Shown here: in pieces, positions 28,990 to 39,517 of the stretch
Position numbering within the stretch: the stretch's first letter is position 1
Layout of the letters: every line of letters starts with the position of its first letter
NCBI GenBank assembly: GCA_036504495.1
Contig: DASXVC010000014.1
Location: 2,366 to 66,365, forward strand
DNA from: Geothrix sp.
Lineage (GTDB): Bacteria; Acidobacteriota; Holophagae; Holophagales; Holophagaceae
Direction of reading: 5' to 3'
Length of the DNA: 64,000 nt
Translations under genes and position numbers: made by a program
Notes under the pieces: model-generated
The model's input: only the letters and a program-made list of their open reading frames with translations
Databases searched by the model: none
Told to the model about the DNA's origin: nothing

Positions 28990-29022
28990 TGGTATCGGGT
29001 GGGGTAATGGCACTGCTTGGCA

Positions 29023-32000
29023 TCACCCGGCTTGGGCCACCTGCCGTGCCACGGCCACAGGGACGAAGGGGGTGAAGGCCGCCAGGGTTCCGGGCCAGTC
29101 TTCGAGCAGGGTGGTGGCCGTGCGGCTTCCCGTTTCGGCCGCATGGGCTTCGAGCAGCCCGCGGAACAGGGATTCCTCCTCGGCCCGCCAGGGGATGGCG
29201 GCGAGGTAGTCGCGGTTCACCTGGCCTGTGTGCTCGCGTCGCAGGAACAGGCACCCGCCGGTCATGCCGGCCCCGGCATTGGTGAGGACGGAGCCGAGGA
29301 TGGCCACGGCGCCGCGGGTCATGTATTCGCAGGCGTGATGGCCCGCGCCTTCGACCACCGCCGAGGCGCCGCTGTTCCGCACGGCAAAGCGGTCCCCGGC
29401 CAATCCGCGCACCAGCAGCGTACCGCCGGTGGCCCCATACAGGGCCCCGTTGCCCAGGATGGCGCTGGCTTCCGCGACGAAGGTGGCCCTGGGATGGGGC
29501 AGGAGGACGGTCCGCCCCCCGGACATGGACTTGCAGACGGAATCGTTGGCTTCGCCCTGGAGCCGGACGTCCAGGCCTTCAGTGAGGAAGGCGCCGAAAC
29601 CCTGGCCCGCGCTGCCGGTGAACTCCAGCCGCAGCGTGCCGCGCACGGCCGGATCCTCGCCCCGCAGGCGCCGTTCACGCACTTGGCGGGCGATGGCCCC
29701 GGCCAGGGTCGCCAGGATGCCCCGGTCGCCGGTGGTGATGGCGTAGGCGCGGTGATGGATGCCTCCGTCCTCCAGGAAAGACTGCGCATCCTCCAGGACC
29801 CGCTGGTTCAAGGGGGCCACGCCATCCTGGTTGAAGGCGGAGGGACCCGAATCCGCCCGGGGGGCGCGGGGTTCCAGGAAGGCCCCGAGATCCAGCTTGC
29901 GGTCCCGTACGAAGGTCGCGTGATCCGGCGCCACCTGGAGCAGATCCACCCGGTCCTGGAGCTCCGCCAGGGAGGCCACACCCAGGGAGGCCAGGTGGCG
30001 GCGCACGTCCTCGGACAGGTGGACGAGCATGCGCTGGATGGCCTCGGGCTTGCCGGAGTAGCGGGCCTTGAACTTCGGGTCGTGGGTCGCGATGCCTGCC
30101 GGGCAGGTGTTCTTTTCGCAGATCCTGGCCATGACACAGCCCTCGGCCACGAGGAGGAGCTTGCCGAACTCGAAGCCATCGGCGCCCAGGATGGCCGCCG
30201 TCACCAGGTCCTTGCCCGTGAGCAGGCCGCCGTCCACGCGCAGCTCCACCTGGTCGCGCAGCTGGTTCTCGCGCAGCGCCTGATGGGCTTCGACCAGGCC
30301 GAACTCCCAGGGCAGGCCCGCGTGTTTCATGGAGCCCAGCGTGGCCGCGCCCGTGCCGCCGTCGCCCCCGGCCACGTAGAGGATGTCGGCTCCGGCCTTG
30401 GCGACGCCCACGGCGATGGTGCCGATGCCCGTGCCCGACACCAGCTTCACGCTGATCTTGGCCGCGGGATGCACCTGGCGGAGTTCGTGGATCAGCTCCT
30501 TGAGGTCCTCGATGCTGTAGATGTCATGCAGGGGTGGCGGGGAGATCAGGTCCACATCCGGCAGGGAGAACCGCGCCTTTGCGATGGTGGCGTCCACCTT
30601 CACGCGCATGAGCTGGCCGCCTTCGCCGGGCTTGGCGCCCTGGGCCACCTTGATCTGGATTTCCTCGCCGGAGATCAGGTATTCCGCCGTGACGCCGAAG
30701 CGCGCCGAGGCCACCTGCTTGGTGGAGGCGGTGATCCCATCGGTCCAGTAGAAGGGGTTCTCGCCGCCTTCGCCGCTGTTGCTGCGGCCCCCCACCGCCT
30801 CCATGGCGAGGATGAGGTCGCGCTGGCTTTCGGCGCTGACGGCCCCGAAGGACATGGCCCCGGCGCCGAAGCGGTGCAGGATGGCGGGCACGGCCTCCAC
30901 GCGGTCCTGGGGCAGGGGTTCCGCGGCCGTCCGGAAGGCCAGCAGGTGGCGGGGATTGATGGGTTCGTCGACCTTCAGGGAGGTGAGGTATTCCTGGTAG
31001 AGGCCGCGGGCCTCGGGTGTGTCCGGATCCAGGTCCACCAGCTGGTGGAGCAGGCGGGCCCGGGCGGAGGTGAGCCCGTGCCGCTCGCCCTCGCCGGGCC
31101 GGGGCGATTCGCGGAACTGGTGGGTGTGCAGCAGGCGGTCCATGAAACCGGCCTGGGCCGCGAGGCCCGTCTTCCGCAGCACATCGCCCGCCAGCTCCTC
31201 GTAGCCGATGCCGCCCAGGGGGCTGGCGTGGCCAGGGAAGAAGATCTCCATCAGCTCGGGCCCCAGGCCCACGGCTGTGAAGAGCTTGGCGCTCATGTAG
31301 CTCTGCACCACGGAGATGCCGCACTTCGCCATGATCTTCAGGAGGCCGGATTCCAGCGCGCTGACGAAGTTCCGCTCGCGCTGATCCGGGCTCAGGCTGC
31401 CGAGGCTGGGGTGCTCGTCCTGGCGGGCGATCTCCAGGGCCAGGTAGGGGCAGACCGCCGAGGCGCCGAAGCTGATGAGGGCCGCCAGGTGGTGCGAGGT
31501 GCGCGCCTCGCCCGTGTGCACGACGATGGAGGCGTTCAGGCGCAGGCCCGATTCGTTGAGGGTGTGCACCACGGCGCGCAGGGCGATGAGGCTGGGGATG
31601 GGCGGCCGCTCCACGCTTGCTTCCCGGTCGCTGAGGATGATGACGCTGGTGCCGCGCTCGACGGCCTCCCGCACGTCGCTGGCCAGGCGCTCGACGGCGG
31701 CATGGAAGCCCGCCTCGCCATCCTCGCGCCGGAAGTGCATGGGAAAGGTCCGGGGGATGATGTGGGATTCGGAATGCCGCAGGCTCTGCATGCTTTCGAG
31801 GTACCGCATCTGTCCGAGGTCCAGGATGGGCCGGGGCAGCTCCAGGGCCTCGCTGAGGGGCACCAGATCCTTGGGGAAGAAGATGTTCGGCGCCCGTCCG
31901 AGGAACACGCGCAGGTCGGTGATGTTGCCTTCGCGGAGGTAGTCCAGGGGCGGGTTCGTGACCTGGGCGAAGTGCTGGTAGAAGTAGTCGAAGAAGGGGC

Positions 32001-33411
32001 GGGGCTCGGATGAGAAGACGTTGGGCCGGGCGGTGTCGCCCATGGACCCGATGGCCTCCTTGCCCGTGGCGGCCATGGGGTAGAGGACCTTCTCCAGCTC
32101 CTCGCGGGAGCAGGTGAAGAGGGTCTTCTTGAAGACGCTGACCGGGCCTCCCGCCTCGGTTTCGGGAAGGAACCCGATGGGCGTGGTCCGGGGGTCGAAG
32201 CTGGCATCGCGGTGTTCCCGCGAATGGCTGGGATCGCGGAAGTGCACCCGGCCCGTGACCAGGTCTACCTTGACGCCGGTGCCCGCGTAGAGGATGCCCT
32301 TGCGGCGCACGGTGGCCTCGTCCAGGGGGAACGATCCCGCCTCGGAGGCGAGGTAGAAGCGGTTGTCCGTGATGGCCCAGCGGGCGGGGCGGAAGCCGTT
32401 GCGATCGAGCCGGGCACCCACGGTGCTCCCGTCGGAGTAGACCAGGAAGGCCGGGCCGTCCCAGGGCTCCATGGCGCGGCTCCAGAAGGTGTAGAATGCG
32501 TTCTGGGCCTCCGCCGGGGGCATCATGATGGCGAGGATGTCCTCCATGTGGGGGATGCTGCTGCGGTAGAGCAGGGCCTCCGCGATCTCGTTCAGGCTGC
32601 CGGAATCGCTGATGGAACCATGGGTCACCAGCTGGTCGGCCTTGAGCCCGATGGACATCTCCCGCGAGATGGCCCGGGAGCGGTTGCCGGCGATGGTGTT
32701 GATCTCGCCGTTGTGCCCGATGAGGCGGAAGGGCTGGGCCTTGTCCCAGGAGGTGCGGGTGTTCGTGCTGAAGCGCCGGTGGATCAGGGCGAACCGCGTG
32801 ACGAAGCGCGGGTCGCGGAGATCCAGGTAGAAACGGTCCAGGTCCGCGGCCCGGGTGAGGGCCTTGTAGACGATGGTCCGCGCGGACAGTGACGCGAAGA
32901 AGAACTCGCTCTGGATGCCCTGTTCCACCAGCTTGGTGCGGAGCACCTGCTTGGCGTTGTAGAGCAGCTTGTCGAAGGAGGCATCGGTCCGGCATTGGAG
33001 AGGACGGCGCAGGATGGCCTGCCGCATGGTCGGCATCGACCGCCGCGCTTCCTCGCCCAGCACCGAGACATCCACCGGAACCTCACGGTAGGCCAGCACG
33101 TCCAGGTCGAAGAAGGCGAAGGTGGCTTCGAAAATCTCCAGGGAGCGCCGGAGGCGGTCCGGGTCCTGGGGCATGAAGAGGTTCGCCACGGCGACATCGC
33201 CGCGCCGGTAGCCGAACATTTCGAAGGGGATGTCGGCCATGACGCCGGCGCCGTCGCTGCTGACCTGGTCTGCGGCGCATCCGCCCCGGTGCTCGACGCA
33301 TTTCAGGGCGTGGAGGGCGTCCTGGAGGATCTCGTGGCAGATCTCGCCCGTCCGGCTGGCAATGAAGCCCACCCCGCAGGCGCTGTGCTCAGATCGCGAT
33401 CCCTCAAGCAT
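29023..33411 (-). CDS. gltB: Glutamate synthase large subunit
   Basis: ACGVGF, HRRFSTNT, HNGEINT, EPWDGPA, FAQVTNPP, SNSGEGGE, QGAKPGEGGQL, PPPLHDIYSIEDL, CxxxxxCxxxxC, GXGXG domain. Confidence 0.96.
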   Translation of the reverse strand: MLEGSRSEHSACGVGFIASRTGEICHEILQDALHALKCVEHRGGCAADQVSSDGAGVMADIPFEMFGYRRGDVAVANLFMPQDPDRLRRSLEIFEATFAFFDLDVLAYREVPVDVSVLGEEARRSMPTMRQAILRRPLQCRTDASFDKLLYNAKQVLRTKLVEQGIQSEFFFASLSARTIVYKALTRAADLDRFYLDLRDPRFVTRFALIHRRFSTNTRTSWDKAQPFRLIGHNGEINTIAGNRSRAISREMSIGLKADQLVTHGSISDSGSLNEIAEALLYRSSIPHMEDILAIMMPPAEAQNAFYTFWSRAMEPWDGPAFLVYSDGSTVGARLDRNGFRPARWAITDNRFYLASEAGSFPLDEATVRRKGILYAGTGVKVDLVTGRVHFRDPSHSREHRDASFDPRTTPIGFLPETEAGGPVSVFKKTLFTCSREELEKVLYPMAATGKEAIGSMGDTARPNVFSSEPRPFFDYFYQHFAQVTNPPLDYLREGNITDLRVFLGRAPNIFFPKDLVPLSEALELPRPILDLGQMRYLESMQSLRHSESHIIPRTFPMHFRREDGEAGFHAAVERLASDVREAVERGTSVIILSDREASVERPPIPSLIALRAVVHTLNESGLRLNASIVVHTGEARTSHHLAALISFGASAVCPYLALEIARQDEHPSLGSLSPDQRERNFVSALESGLLKIMAKCGISVVQSYMSAKLFTAVGLGPELMEIFFPGHASPLGGIGYEELAGDVLRKTGLAAQAGFMDRLLHTHQFRESPRPGEGERHGLTSARARLLHQLVDLDPDTPEARGLYQEYLTSLKVDEPINPRHLLAFRTAAEPLPQDRVEAVPAILHRFGAGAMSFGAVSAESQRDLILAMEAVGGRSNSGEGGENPFYWTDGITASTKQVASARFGVTAEYLISGEEIQIKVAQGAKPGEGGQLMRVKVDATIAKARFSLPDVDLISPPPLHDIYSIEDLKELIHELRQVHPAAKISVKLVSGTGIGTIAVGVAKAGADILYVAGGDGGTGAATLGSMKHAGLPWEFGLVEAHQALRENQLRDQVELRVDGGLLTGKDLVTAAILGADGFEFGKLLLVAEGCVMARICEKNTCPAGIATHDPKFKARYSGKPEAIQRMLVHLSEDVRRHLASLGVASLAELQDRVDLLQVAPDHATFVRDRKLDLGAFLEPRAPRADSGPSAFNQDGVAPLNQRVLEDAQSFLEDGGIHHRAYAITTGDRGILATLAGAIARQVRERRLRGEDPAVRGTLRLEFTGSAGQGFGAFLTEGLDVRLQGEANDSVCKSMSGGRTVLLPHPRATFVAEASAILGNGALYGATGGTLLVRGLAGDRFAVRNSGASAVVEGAGHHACEYMTRGAVAILGSVLTNAGAGMTGGCLFLRREHTGQVNRDYLAAIPWRAEEESLFRGLLEAHAAETGSRTATTLLEDWPGTLAAFTPFVPVAVARQVAQAG

Positions 33412-33545
33412 CGTCGTTTCCTTTCGGGATCAAGCCATCCTAACGAGAATCGATGGGCCTGTGCCGTTGAAACGCCCTATGGGGTTATCAGGCGCGCTTA
33501 TAGCCCCTGACGGTCGTATGGTCCTTGTGGGAGACTGGATCTCCC

Positions 33546-35159
33546 ATGACCACCCTTGCCCTCACGTACCGCCCGCGCCTGCTGTCCGACCTCGTGGGAC
33601 AGGAAGGCAGTGTGAAGGCCCTGGCCAACGCCCTGAAACGGGCGAAGGAGAGCGGGCACATCCACCAGGCCTACCTCTTCGCAGGCGTGCGGGGCACGGG
33701 CAAGACCAGCACGGCGCGCATCCTGGCCCGGGCCCTGAACTGTGCCGAAGGGCCCACGGCCACGCCCTGCGGCGTCTGCGATCCCTGCCGGGCCGCCGAG
33801 CAGCCGGACAGCAGCCTGGACATCGTCGAGATCGACGCCGCCAGCCGGGCCTCGGTGGCCGACGCCCGGGCCCTCCGGGAGCAGGTGCAGACGCGGCCCG
33901 CCTTCTGCCGGTACCGGGTCTACATCATCGACGAAGTGCACATGCTCAGCACTGAGGCCTTCAATGCCCTGCTGAAGGTCATCGAGGAGCCGCCGCCCCA
34001 CGCCATCTTCGTGCTGGCCACCACCGAGCTGCAGGACGTGCCGGACACCATCAAGAGCCGTGTCCAGATCTATCCGTTCCGCCTGATCCCTGTGGGGCTC
34101 ATCGAAGGCCGCCTCAAGCACGTCTGCGAACAAGAAGGTGTGGAAGTCGAGGCGGGCAGCCTCCGGCTGGTGGCCGAGGCGGGGCAGGGCTCCATGCGCG
34201 ATGCACTGACCATCCTCGACCGCGTCATCGCCGCCGGGGATGGAGTGGTGCGGGAGGAGGCCGTCCGCGAGCAGCTGGGCATCGTCAGCGCCCACCTGGT
34301 GCAGGGCGTGATGTCCTCCCTGGCCATCGGCGACACGGCGGCCCTGATGGAGGCCTGCCGCGAGCTGACGGAGCAGGGTGCGGACTGGGCCACCTTCTGG
34401 CGCGAGCTGGTGCTGGCCTTCCGCGACCGGCTGGAACAGGAGGCCCGCGCCGCCCGCGGGCCCCAAGAGTTATTGCGCTGGGCCCGGATGCTCCAGCTCC
34501 TGCTGAGCCGGGAGCGGGACCTGCGGGATAGCAGCCTGCCCCGCGTGGTGGTGGAGCTGGCGCTGGTGACAGCTTCGCAGCTGCCTCATCTGGCGCCCCT
34601 GGACGCGCTCGTATCGGGTGGTCCGGCCCGGCCCTCAGGCCCGCCAGCCGGGCCACCGCCGGTCCCTTCCAGGGCCCCCCAGGCCGCGCCGGCGCCTGAG
34701 GGGCCTCGCAGGCCCACGCCGGTCACCTCTCCAGCTACCACGCAGCCCCAGGCCTCGCCGCGCACCCACGCACCCCTGCCGCCAGGCCCGCCCGCCCCAC
34801 CCCAGCTGCGCCTGGCGTGCAGCGAGGCCCTTCGGGGGGTTCCGGGCCTGCGCGCCCTGGGCTCCGCCCCCCAGATGGCCACGGACCTGAGCTGGGAGCC
34901 ACCGGTCCTGCGGCTCCGCTTTCCCGGCAACGTGCGGCAGACCCTCCAGGACCTGGAGCGGGAGAAGGCCAACCCCCACGTGCTGGCGGCGCTGGCGACG
35001 GTGCTTCCGGGCCTGAAGGCCCTGGATGTCCACTTCGATGACGGCCCGCCGGAAACCCAGTCGGACCGCCCGGAAGACCGCCTGCGGCGCGAACCCGCCT
35101 TCCAGGAGCTGCTCCGCCTCAGCGGCGGCGAAGTGCTGGAGATCCGGCGCGAGGGCTGA
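33546..35159 (+). CDS. dnaX: DNA polymerase III subunit gamma/tau
   Basis: LALTYRP, G.RGTGKTS, zinc Cys motif, EIDAAS, IIDEVHML, SR, GSMRDA; Pro-rich linker. Confidence 0.95.
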   Translation: MTTLALTYRPRLLSDLVGQEGSVKALANALKRAKESGHIHQAYLFAGVRGTGKTSTARILARALNCAEGPTATPCGVCDPCRAAEQPDSSLDIVEIDAASRASVADARALREQVQTRPAFCRYRVYIIDEVHMLSTEAFNALLKVIEEPPPHAIFVLATTELQDVPDTIKSRVQIYPFRLIPVGLIEGRLKHVCEQEGVEVEAGSLRLVAEAGQGSMRDALTILDRVIAAGDGVVREEAVREQLGIVSAHLVQGVMSSLAIGDTAALMEACRELTEQGADWATFWRELVLAFRDRLEQEARAARGPQELLRWARMLQLLLSRERDLRDSSLPRVVVELALVTASQLPHLAPLDALVSGGPARPSGPPAGPPPVPSRAPQAAPAPEGPRRPTPVTSPATTQPQASPRTHAPLPPGPPAPPQLRLACSEALRGVPGLRALGSAPQMATDLSWEPPVLRLRFPGNVRQTLQDLEREKANPHVLAALATVLPGLKALDVHFDDGPPETQSDRPEDRLRREPAFQELLRLSGGEVLEIRREG

Positions 35160-35381
35160 TCAGCCGCCCGACACCGGCGGCATGAGGGCCACCTCATCGC
35201 CATCGGCCAGCGATGTGCTCCGGTCGGCGAAGCTCTGGTTCACGGCCAGCAGGGCGTCCTTGGGCAGGTCTGCGAAACACGGATCCGCCAGCAGGTCCCC
35301 CAGGGTGGGGGCCACGGGCCGTTCCAGTTCACTGAAGCCCAGCAGGGCGCGGTAGCGGGCGAAGCACTTCACGGTGATCAT
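35160..35381 (-). CDS. moaD: MoaD/ThiS family sulfur carrier
   Basis: ITVKCFARYR...LAVNQ..A.....LADGDEVALMPPVSGG. Confidence 0.88.
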   Translation of the reverse strand: MITVKCFARYRALLGFSELERPVAPTLGDLLADPCFADLPKDALLAVNQSFADRSTSLADGDEVALMPPVSGG

Positions 35382-35416
35382 GCACATCTCCACCCACCCA
35401 GCCTACCGCCCGGGGG

Positions 35417-38400
35417 CTATTTGGGGCTCCACGAATGCCGGATCTCCCCGGAGGGGTTGAGCCCAGAGCTGCCGCCCTTGCTGGCGCCCAGCTGGAGGAT
35501 GAGGCCGCCGAAGCGCCATTCCACCTGGCCGGAGGTGATGCTCAGCTCGCCGCTCTTCTTGTGGGACACCACGAAGGCGCTGCGCTGGCCCAGCAGGCTG
35601 ATGCTCTTGCCCAGGGTGACCTCGGTTTCGGTGGTGCCCAGGCTCGTGGTGCGCACCGCCACATTCACCCGGTCCAGCCCTAGGGTCCGGCGCAGCTGCT
35701 CCTGCAGGGGCGCGAAGGCCAGGGTGGAGATGAGGCCGGATCCCGCCCCGGCGATGCCTGAGGTGATGGCGCCCTGGGTGGCGCCGGAGGAGGCGCTGGC
35801 GGTGCCGACGCTGGCCACATTGCCGGGGTTGATGAGGATGGCCACGATCTCGTCCTGGCGCAAGCTCGGCGTGGAGCTGGGCATGATCGTCAGGTTGCTG
35901 AGGGTGCCGTGGATATCCAGGTTCACCGTGTAGCCCGGAATGGAGGTGACGCTGCCCTGGAGGTTGATGACCGGGTCCAGGGGGCGGGATTCGGAGAAGG
36001 CGAGGGAGCCCAGGTTCACCACCATGTCCCCCGCGGGGAAGATGTTGGTGATGCGGCCGCCGGGCTGGAAGACCAAGGTGCCCTTGGGAATGGGGTGGGC
36101 CAGGGTGCCGAGCACCTGGAACGGCCCTTCGGTGCGGCCTTCCAGCTTCAGCAGGTTGGTGTCGAAGCTCCAGGGGCTGCGGAGGTCCAGGTCCAGGTCC
36201 AGCCGGATGCGATCCAGGGGGTCGTCCAGATCCAGGCCCACCAGGCCGCCGCTGTCGCTGAGGGCGCTGCGGAGGATGAGGTCCGCCAGCTTCACCTCGG
36301 TCTGGTAGCTCAGGCGGTCGGCCCGGAGGCGGCCCTTGAGCAGGCCGCCGCTTTCGTTGCCCTCCAGGGTGGCGCGCAGGGTGCCCTGGAGGTCGAGGCC
36401 GTCTGGCACGTCCCGGAGCTGGAAGTTGGCCAGGGAGGCCTTGAGGGCGTAGGTGTCCAGGCCGCCCAGCTGCCAGGTGAGGCCCCCGGAAACCTGGAGA
36501 TCGCCATGGGCGAGGGTGCCCCGGAGGGGTTTGTCCGCGGGCAGGGAGACGGTGCGGTCCTTGAACACCACTTCAGCCTGAAGGTCCTCCACTCCCTGGT
36601 AGCCCCGCAGGTTCAGCTGGCTCTTCTCCAGGGACAGCTTGCCGTCCAGCCCGGGGTCGGTATAGGTGCCGTGGGCCAGCAGATCGAGCCGGCTCGTCCC
36701 CTGGATCCTGAGCTCAGACAGCAGGTTGTACTCGTCCACCTCCATCACGCGATCGAAGATGGTCTTGAGGTGGGCCAGGTTCGCGGTCCCCTGGGCCCGG
36801 AGCCCCAGCGGGGCCGTGGTCGAGAAGGGCAGGCTGCCCGACAGGCGGAGGCTGGCGGCCTGGGCGGATGCGGCATCGGCAGGCTTCCGGGCGCCCCCTT
36901 CCAGGGCGATGTCCACCTCGGCGCCAGCGCCGTCACCGCGCAGGGCGGAGGGCCGGGCCTGGTGCAGCTCGAAGGCGTTGAACTGGGCGGCCAGGCGGTT
37001 CAGGGTCCCGGTCCAGCTGAGGTTCCTGCCGTTCCACCGGCCCTGGGCGGTGGCCTCCAGGCTCAGGTCTTCCACCAGGTCTTCGGTGAGGCTGCGGGCG
37101 AGAATATCGGTATGGGCACTGTCCGCGGAGACATTCAGGGAGAGGCGGGCGGTCAGGTCCGGCCCGTCCTGCCGGGCCTGGGCCTCCACCACGGGACGGG
37201 TCATGCCCTCGATCCCCAGGCGCCCTTCCATCCGACCCCGCTCCAGGCGGACCGAGCCCTCCAGGCCCTCCACGCTGCGGCCTCCGAAGAAGATCCGCCC
37301 CCGGCTCAGGTCGACCCGGCCCTCAGGCAGATCCAGGGCTCCGAAGGGACTGGTGATGGGCCCCAACAGGCGTGCCTCCACCTGGGATTGGATGCGGGGG
37401 CCGGGCAGGGCCAGAAGCTGGGAATCCAGGCGCCCCGTGAGATCCACCCACCAGGTCCAACGCTGGAAGTCCATGTCGGCCCGGCCGGTCAGGGCCAGGG
37501 CACCCTCCGGCTGGGTGTCGGGACCCCCCAGCGACTCTGGGGCTTCCCCGATCCGCACATCGTCGAGGCGCAGCCGGAGGGTGGGAAGGTCCATGGAAAA
37601 ATCTGCGGAGGCTGCTGGAATTTTGATTCCGTAAGCCTCGCCTGACTCGACTTGGGCGGAACCTGTCATGGTGAGATGGTCGTAGGAACCCTGGAGCCGG
37701 ACCCACCCGCTCCCCGTGCCGGTGAGGGGGAGTTCCTTGCCTTCGGGGTCCTTCAGATCGGCGGCCCGCAGCCCCTCGGCCACGGGAAGGCGGAAGGCGG
37801 TATAGCACATGTCCATCTGCTTCTGACCGGGAGCCACCGGGCCCCAGGTCAGCCAGAGATCGCCGCCGCCGCGGCCCTCATCCTTCCGGATGTCGATGCC
37901 GGTGACGCGGAGTTCGGAGCCCCGGATCTGAACCTGCGCCCCCAGGCTGTCGGCCCGAGCTCCGTGCCAACGGGGGTGCGCCACTTCGGCGGAGCCTTCC
38001 AGGTCCAGGCCGGGGCCCCGGCTCCAGTGGATTTTGGCCTGGGCCAGGGTCTGCCCCTCCATGTCCAGGTCGGCCACCTTCCAGGCGCGGAGGGCCTGGG
38101 CCACCTGACCCGCGCCCACCTCCACCTTGCCTTCGCCCTCGAGACGGACCAGCCCGTGGGGGCCCAGGTCGGCCCAGCCGGTGCCATCGGCCTTGAGGGC
38201 TTCCAGATCCAGGTGGAACTGATCCAGGGTGGCCCGGCCGCGTTTCAGCGTGGCGCCCAGAGATCCAGCTCCCAGGCCGTGTTGGGTCAAGCCGAGTTGG
38301 AGGGAGCCCTGCCAGCGATCGGCGCGGCCAAGGTCGGCAGGGTCCCGGGGGCCTTCCACCTCGGCCTTCAGGGTGCCCCGGAGGCCCTGGAGTTCCGGCA

Positions 38401-39514
38401 ACCGGTACATCCGGCCCAGGGCTTCGAGGTCCACGGCCTGGCCCGCGAGGGAGGCCCTGGCCGGCGTCTTCCGGGACCAGGCTCCATCCAGGGTGAGGTC
38501 CCCTTGGGGGGAGTGCCAGCGGAGGTGGCTCAGCTGGAAGCCCTCCAGGTTGCCCTTGCCGCGGAGGTCGAGGCTGCCGGGGAGGAAGGCGCCGCCTGCG
38601 GGGCGGAGATCCGTGCCATCTGCGCTGAGGGCCCATTCAGGGGCGGCGAGGGTCCCCTGCACGGTGGCGTGGAGGTCGAGGCTGCCGGAGAGGGGAGGCC
38701 GGGCCACGCCACCCCAGCGGGCGGCCTGGGACAACCCTAGGACTCCCGTGAGCTGGGCTTCCAGCCGCTCGGACTGTCGAGGGGTCTTCGAATCGAAACG
38801 CCCGCGCAGCCGCACCTGGCTTTCCCCCAGGCGGAAGTAGCCCTCCTTGAGGATCAGCACCGCCTCCGAGACTTCGCCATTCAGATCCAGGCGGCCCTTT
38901 TCCAAGCCGTTCGGTCCCTTGACGGTCAGCTGGGGACCCGCCACGTCCACGCGCAGCTGGTTGGGTCCGGTCCCGGTGGCCTTCACCTCGAACAGGTACC
39001 GCATCGGCGGCAGGCCCCGCAGGGGTTCGGGAATCTCGATCTCGCCTCCCGTGAGGCTGAACAGATCCAGCCGCACCTGCGGGAGCGGTCCCTTCCGCGG
39101 GGGGCGCTCCTTCAGGTGGATGGCCGACAGGCCCGCTTCCGTGAGGCGGACGTGAGGATGTTCCAGGCGGACCGAGAAGATGCGATGCGTGGAGGCGAAC
39201 AGGGAGGCAAGGTCGGCCTGGACTTCCACTTTCCGGACGGTGAGGAGGTCGCCGCCGAGCCGCACCTCCCGCAGGGTCGCGGATCCGAGGATGGGGTGGA
39301 ATTCCACCTGGCCGATCTCCAGGGAGAGGCCCGTCTCCTCCCGGACCAAGGCATCCAGCTTGGAGACTGTCCAACGGAGGACCGCCGGCCGGGTCGCGAT
39401 CCAGGGGACGACGGTCACGGTGGCGGTGCCGGCCACCAGGACGTACGACACCCGCCGCACCCAGCGACGGCCCCAGAGCCGCTGCACAGCATCCTTGGTG
39501 GGGTGCCAGATCAT
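35417..39514 (-). CDS. TamB/AsmA-like translocation and assembly module protein
   Basis: N-terminal TM anchor, long beta-rich body, C-terminal LSSTPSL.QDEI..IL and LGLD DUF490-like motifs. Confidence 0.8.
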   Translation of the reverse strand: MIWHPTKDAVQRLWGRRWVRRVSYVLVAGTATVTVVPWIATRPAVLRWTVSKLDALVREETGLSLEIGQVEFHPILGSATLREVRLGGDLLTVRKVEVQADLASLFASTHRIFSVRLEHPHVRLTEAGLSAIHLKERPPRKGPLPQVRLDLFSLTGGEIEIPEPLRGLPPMRYLFEVKATGTGPNQLRVDVAGPQLTVKGPNGLEKGRLDLNGEVSEAVLILKEGYFRLGESQVRLRGRFDSKTPRQSERLEAQLTGVLGLSQAARWGGVARPPLSGSLDLHATVQGTLAAPEWALSADGTDLRPAGGAFLPGSLDLRGKGNLEGFQLSHLRWHSPQGDLTLDGAWSRKTPARASLAGQAVDLEALGRMYRLPELQGLRGTLKAEVEGPRDPADLGRADRWQGSLQLGLTQHGLGAGSLGATLKRGRATLDQFHLDLEALKADGTGWADLGPHGLVRLEGEGKVEVGAGQVAQALRAWKVADLDMEGQTLAQAKIHWSRGPGLDLEGSAEVAHPRWHGARADSLGAQVQIRGSELRVTGIDIRKDEGRGGGDLWLTWGPVAPGQKQMDMCYTAFRLPVAEGLRAADLKDPEGKELPLTGTGSGWVRLQGSYDHLTMTGSAQVESGEAYGIKIPAASADFSMDLPTLRLRLDDVRIGEAPESLGGPDTQPEGALALTGRADMDFQRWTWWVDLTGRLDSQLLALPGPRIQSQVEARLLGPITSPFGALDLPEGRVDLSRGRIFFGGRSVEGLEGSVRLERGRMEGRLGIEGMTRPVVEAQARQDGPDLTARLSLNVSADSAHTDILARSLTEDLVEDLSLEATAQGRWNGRNLSWTGTLNRLAAQFNAFELHQARPSALRGDGAGAEVDIALEGGARKPADAASAQAASLRLSGSLPFSTTAPLGLRAQGTANLAHLKTIFDRVMEVDEYNLLSELRIQGTSRLDLLAHGTYTDPGLDGKLSLEKSQLNLRGYQGVEDLQAEVVFKDRTVSLPADKPLRGTLAHGDLQVSGGLTWQLGGLDTYALKASLANFQLRDVPDGLDLQGTLRATLEGNESGGLLKGRLRADRLSYQTEVKLADLILRSALSDSGGLVGLDLDDPLDRIRLDLDLDLRSPWSFDTNLLKLEGRTEGPFQVLGTLAHPIPKGTLVFQPGGRITNIFPAGDMVVNLGSLAFSESRPLDPVINLQGSVTSIPGYTVNLDIHGTLSNLTIMPSSTPSLRQDEIVAILINPGNVASVGTASASSGATQGAITSGIAGAGSGLISTLAFAPLQEQLRRTLGLDRVNVAVRTTSLGTTETEVTLGKSISLLGQRSAFVVSHKKSGELSITSGQVEWRFGGLILQLGASKGGSSGLNPSGEIRHSWSPK

Positions 39515-39517
39515 CGT

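Noticed and set aside
33412-33545. ffs or another ncRNA upstream of dnaX
   Set aside because: No SRP helix-8 motif or other recognisable RNA motif; ffs is at 22462
33546-35159. Programmed frameshift producing the DnaX gamma subunit
   Set aside because: No A-AAA-AAG or long A-run slippery site seen
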